A stretch of 64,000 nt of DNA from an uncultured Dehalococcoidales bacterium. GTDB taxonomy: Bacteria > Chloroflexota > Dehalococcoidia > GIF9 > UBA5629. The position numbers and the translations under genes were made by a program. The notes beneath the pieces are model-generated. The model searched no databases and was not told the origin of the DNA. It saw nothing but the letters and a program-made list of their open reading frames with translations. The stretch is taken from contig CAYPRI010000001.1 in NCBI GenBank assembly GCA_964413085.1, positions 719 to 64,718 of the forward strand. The letters run 5' to 3'. Positions 61,537-64,000 of the stretch are shown here, piece by piece; the stretch's first letter is position 1, and each line of letters begins with the position of its first letter.

Positions 61537-62568
61537 CTATTTGGAGTCTTCTGGCCAAGCCTTTTCACCGATTGCAATACGACACAGGTCGGTAATGAAT
61601 ATCTTTGGCAGGCCGAACTGCGCACTGGGACGGCGGAGCACTCGGTCACATATGGGACAGGAAGTTATGATGGCATCAGCACCGCAGGCGATGGCATCCT
61701 CGAAATTCTTCTTCTGTATATCAACGGCAAGCTCTCTGTTAATGTAAATAATAGGGGCAGAGCAGCAGAGAGCGTTCAATCGTTCGTATTGCCTGGGTGG
61801 CCGTTCCACGCCGACAAGCTGGAAGATCTCTTCCAAGAAGATATCATATTCATGCATCCATCTGGTGGCACAATTCGCCTGGTAAGCGATCTTCTTATTA
61901 AGTTTGGTGACCCTGTCTTTATGGTCTCTTAAATAGTTGCGCAGATATTCGAAAAGGTGCATGTATTTGAAGTCAACTTTGAACCCGCACTCCTTAGCTT
62001 TGACCGCTGGCAGGACAAAACCCTCATTATGTATGAAAACGATGTCCTTACCCAATTTAGCCAGATTGGCAAGAATACGCTGGCCATACCTTTTTACGAA
62101 GCTTTCCCCGCCCATGTGTACATTGCCGGCGAGGTTTGCGTATGGGTAGCCTTTAATCACCGTCATACCCTTGAATAGCTGGCTGTCGAGTGTGCCTTCG
62201 GGGAACTGTTCGAATTGGAAGGAGTCGAACGACAGCACCGGCTTATCAGGGTCGCCTAGTATCACCTGCCCGGAGTCTCCATTTCCTTCAAGTGCCGTGG
62301 TCAACGCCTCAATCACTGATTTGCCGACTGTCACTATGGGGGCAGTGCCTGTCTTCTCCTGCATCTGGAATATTAGATTAGCAGGGTCGGCGCCGGTAGG
62401 GCAGTAGTCGATACACGCGATGCATGTAGTACATTTGCTCAGTATTTCGGCATCCTTGCCCTCCATTAGCAGCTTAATCTCAGCTACAGCCTTATCCTTG
62501 TCATAATTTACATAGCGGCATTTCACCAGGCAGTCGCCGCACAGGTTACACTTTGAAGCATCCCACAT
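61537..62568 (-). CDS. Fe-S oxidoreductase with N-terminal 2x[4Fe-4S] and two CCG domains (HdrD/GlpC/LutA-like).
   Basis: CNLCGDCLVKC, CTTCIACIDYCP and CCSAP / CPICD motifs. Confidence 0.7.
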   Translation of the reverse strand: MWDASKCNLCGDCLVKCRYVNYDKDKAVAEIKLLMEGKDAEILSKCTTCIACIDYCPTGADPANLIFQMQEKTGTAPIVTVGKSVIEALTTALEGNGDSGQVILGDPDKPVLSFDSFQFEQFPEGTLDSQLFKGMTVIKGYPYANLAGNVHMGGESFVKRYGQRILANLAKLGKDIVFIHNEGFVLPAVKAKECGFKVDFKYMHLFEYLRNYLRDHKDRVTKLNKKIAYQANCATRWMHEYDIFLEEIFQLVGVERPPRQYERLNALCCSAPIIYINRELAVDIQKKNFEDAIACGADAIITSCPICDRVLRRPSAQFGLPKIFITDLCRIAIGEKAWPEDSK

Positions 62569-62884
62569 TTTTACCTCTCTTCCTGTTTAGTTCATCGCGG
62601 CTGAACTTTGTTTTGAAGATAGTTTGGATATTTAGTACCCATTAAATCTGCTGGCAGTGCGCGCTGGATATGATATTATTAATATTTCATGCAGGCTATG
62701 GTAATGTTATAACTATTTTCACACCCGATGCCGGGCATCGCCCAGACAGATGTTTAGGGTTAGTGTGGGACGGGATTTTAACGTCACGCCATCCAATTGG
62801 CAATCTTTGCTTGCATAGTGGACAAGGTACTACACGTCGCACTTTATGTCTATCTTCCATCTAGCACCTCCACCGTAATCGATT

Positions 62885-63169
62885 CTAGTCCCGCAGCATA
62901 TCAAATGTCAAATTGCCGCTATCAAACCTCAGTACGAACTTGACCTTGCGCCCCTCAGTAAGAAGCGCTTCAGACTCCGCACGAAGTTTCTTGAAATTCG
63001 CAGTTTCTAGGAAATTCTTTAGAAGTGCAGCAGTCTCGAGCAACCTTCGATTATTCTTCTCGGATGTCAGCAGTCGCCTTACAGTTTCTTCATGCCGCTT
63101 TTTGGCCACCGTCTGGATACATTGAGACAAGGTGGGGACTAATTCAAGTTCGAGCATTTCTTTATTCAT
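62885..63169 (-). CDS. Small hypothetical protein of about 94 aa.
   Basis: ATG at 63169 lies 4 nt downstream of the MBL hydrolase stop codon. No recognisable domain. The longer track ORF (start 63373) overlaps the hydrolase. Confidence 0.35.
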   Translation of the reverse strand: MNKEMLELELVPTLSQCIQTVAKKRHEETVRRLLTSEKNNRRLLETAALLKNFLETANFKKLRAESEALLTEGRKVKFVLRFDSGNLTFDMLRD

Positions 63170-63173
63170 CGTA

Positions 63174-64000
63174 CTACGGCAGGATAGTCCTTGTTCCTGA
63201 GTTATTGAGAAAGAACGCCTCTCCGAACTCTTGAAACAATCGTGACTCGGCAGGAAAGCCGGTACAATGAGATGTTCCCAATTTCTTAATACCGATATAT
63301 TTAAGGTCATCGACAGTTTTCTCAAGCCTTTCCTCGGAAGCCCGAATAAGGTGAGTCCCGCCGATGGCAGCATAGATCGAATTTTTACCGGTTAGCTTTT
63401 GGGCATGGCGCAGTGTGTTAATGATTCCATGATGTGCGCAGCCCAATATGACAACCAGACCAAATTCGGCGTCAATCACAAGGGCGAGGTCATCAGCTAA
63501 CAAGTCCTGCCGGAAATGGCCGTCTTCCCTTACAAAGAGATTATCTTCCACCTGTTCGTATCCAGAAACCATCGGGATTTCTCCGGTAGTGATGGTGTGC
63601 TCACTTATTCGGACAGACTCTTTGGTCAACTTGAACCGTGCACCGAAGCTTTCCAGTTCTTCGCGTGAAAATGGAATACCGATATAATGTTCCCTTGCCT
63701 GTTTGTCACGTCTGGTGTATTTGGAGGACCAGATATCAGGATGAGCGATTACCTCGACCTCCCTCTTCAGTCTCAGCACATCGCGCAACCCGCCGGTGTG
63801 GTCAGCATGACCGTGGCTCAACACTATTTTATCAATGGTAGACAGGTCGATACCCAGCAGTTGGGCGTTATGCGCTGCCGTGGAACTAAGTCCCGTGTCC
63901 ATCAGGATATTCATCCCATCCACTTTAACCAGGATGCTCAGTCCCCACTCGGCCAGAAAACCATAGTTCGCCGTATTTTCACTTAAAGTAATTATCTGAA
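63174..64000 (-). CDS. MBL-fold metallo-hydrolase, partial; N-terminus runs off the window end.
   Basis: HGHADHTGG motif. The frame stays open upstream of the track's GTG start through to the window end (...ENTANYGFLAEWGLSILVKVDGMNILMDTG). Confidence 0.7.
   Translation of the reverse strand, partial: QIITLSENTANYGFLAEWGLSILVKVDGMNILMDTGLSSTAAHNAQLLGIDLSTIDKIVLSHGHADHTGGLRDVLRLKREVEVIAHPDIWSSKYTRRDKQAREHYIGIPFSREELESFGARFKLTKESVRISEHTITTGEIPMVSGYEQVEDNLFVREDGHFRQDLLADDLALVIDAEFGLVVILGCAHHGIINTLRHAQKLTGKNSIYAAIGGTHLIRASEERLEKTVDDLKYIGIKKLGTSHCTGFPAESRLFQEFGEAFFLNNSGTRTILP

Noticed and set aside
1-64000. CRISPR arrays, IS elements, transposases and integrases.
   Set aside because: I found no short regularly spaced direct repeats and no transposase- or integrase-like ORFs. 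The window looks like core chromosome.

Overview
This 64-kb window is almost entirely dense housekeeping chromosome from an anaerobic bacterium of about 50% GC. It contains no rRNA or tRNA genes, no CRISPR array and no transposase.

Gene content and order (T-box leader, DnaD/DnaI-type helicase loaders, holB-yaaT, rnpA-yidD-yidC-jag, rpsF-ssb-rpsR, type-2 IleRS, TrpB2, PQQ beta-propeller lipoprotein, Hdr/Mvh) point to a Chloroflexota (Dehalococcoidia)-like or Firmicutes-like lineage. That placement is a low-confidence guess.

Readable blocks, in order:
- PAS sensor (partial).
- A Trp T-box leader followed by trpB2.
- MBL hydrolase, htrA.
- ileS, jag, yidC, a PQQ lipoprotein, yidD, rnpA, rpmH, then rpsR-ssb-rpsF.
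- ychF, ppsA, dgt-like, dnaG, rpoD.
- ffh.
- A Cas4-like PD-(D/E)XK nuclease plus an SbcC/Rad50-like ATPase.
- CoA-transferase A/B plus a 4-subunit 2-oxoacid:ferredoxin oxidoreductase.
- lysA, holB, yaaT.
- An HNH endonuclease, then a tandem-duplicated DnaC/DnaI-like loader, a DnaD-like protein, dnaB and rplI.
- An M20 amidohydrolase.
- yceD, rpmF, fabD, nusB, acpP.
- mfd.
- uspA and a GAF/PAS histidine kinase with a LuxR-type response regulator.
- Two tandem heterodisulfide-reductase/Mvh-type modules.

The most notable observation is in the Hdr/Mvh region. The first module (hdrC-hdrB-hdrA-mvhD) carries two in-frame UGA codons, one in hdrA and one in mvhD. Each UGA sits exactly where the adjacent paralogous module (hdrD-like, hdrA, mvhD, mvhG, mvhA, protease) encodes Cys. 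Each UGA is followed by a stem-loop that is absent from the Cys paralog. This looks like a selenocysteine isoform set and a cysteine isoform set side by side. The six-frame ORF track splits these two selenoprotein genes at the UGA.
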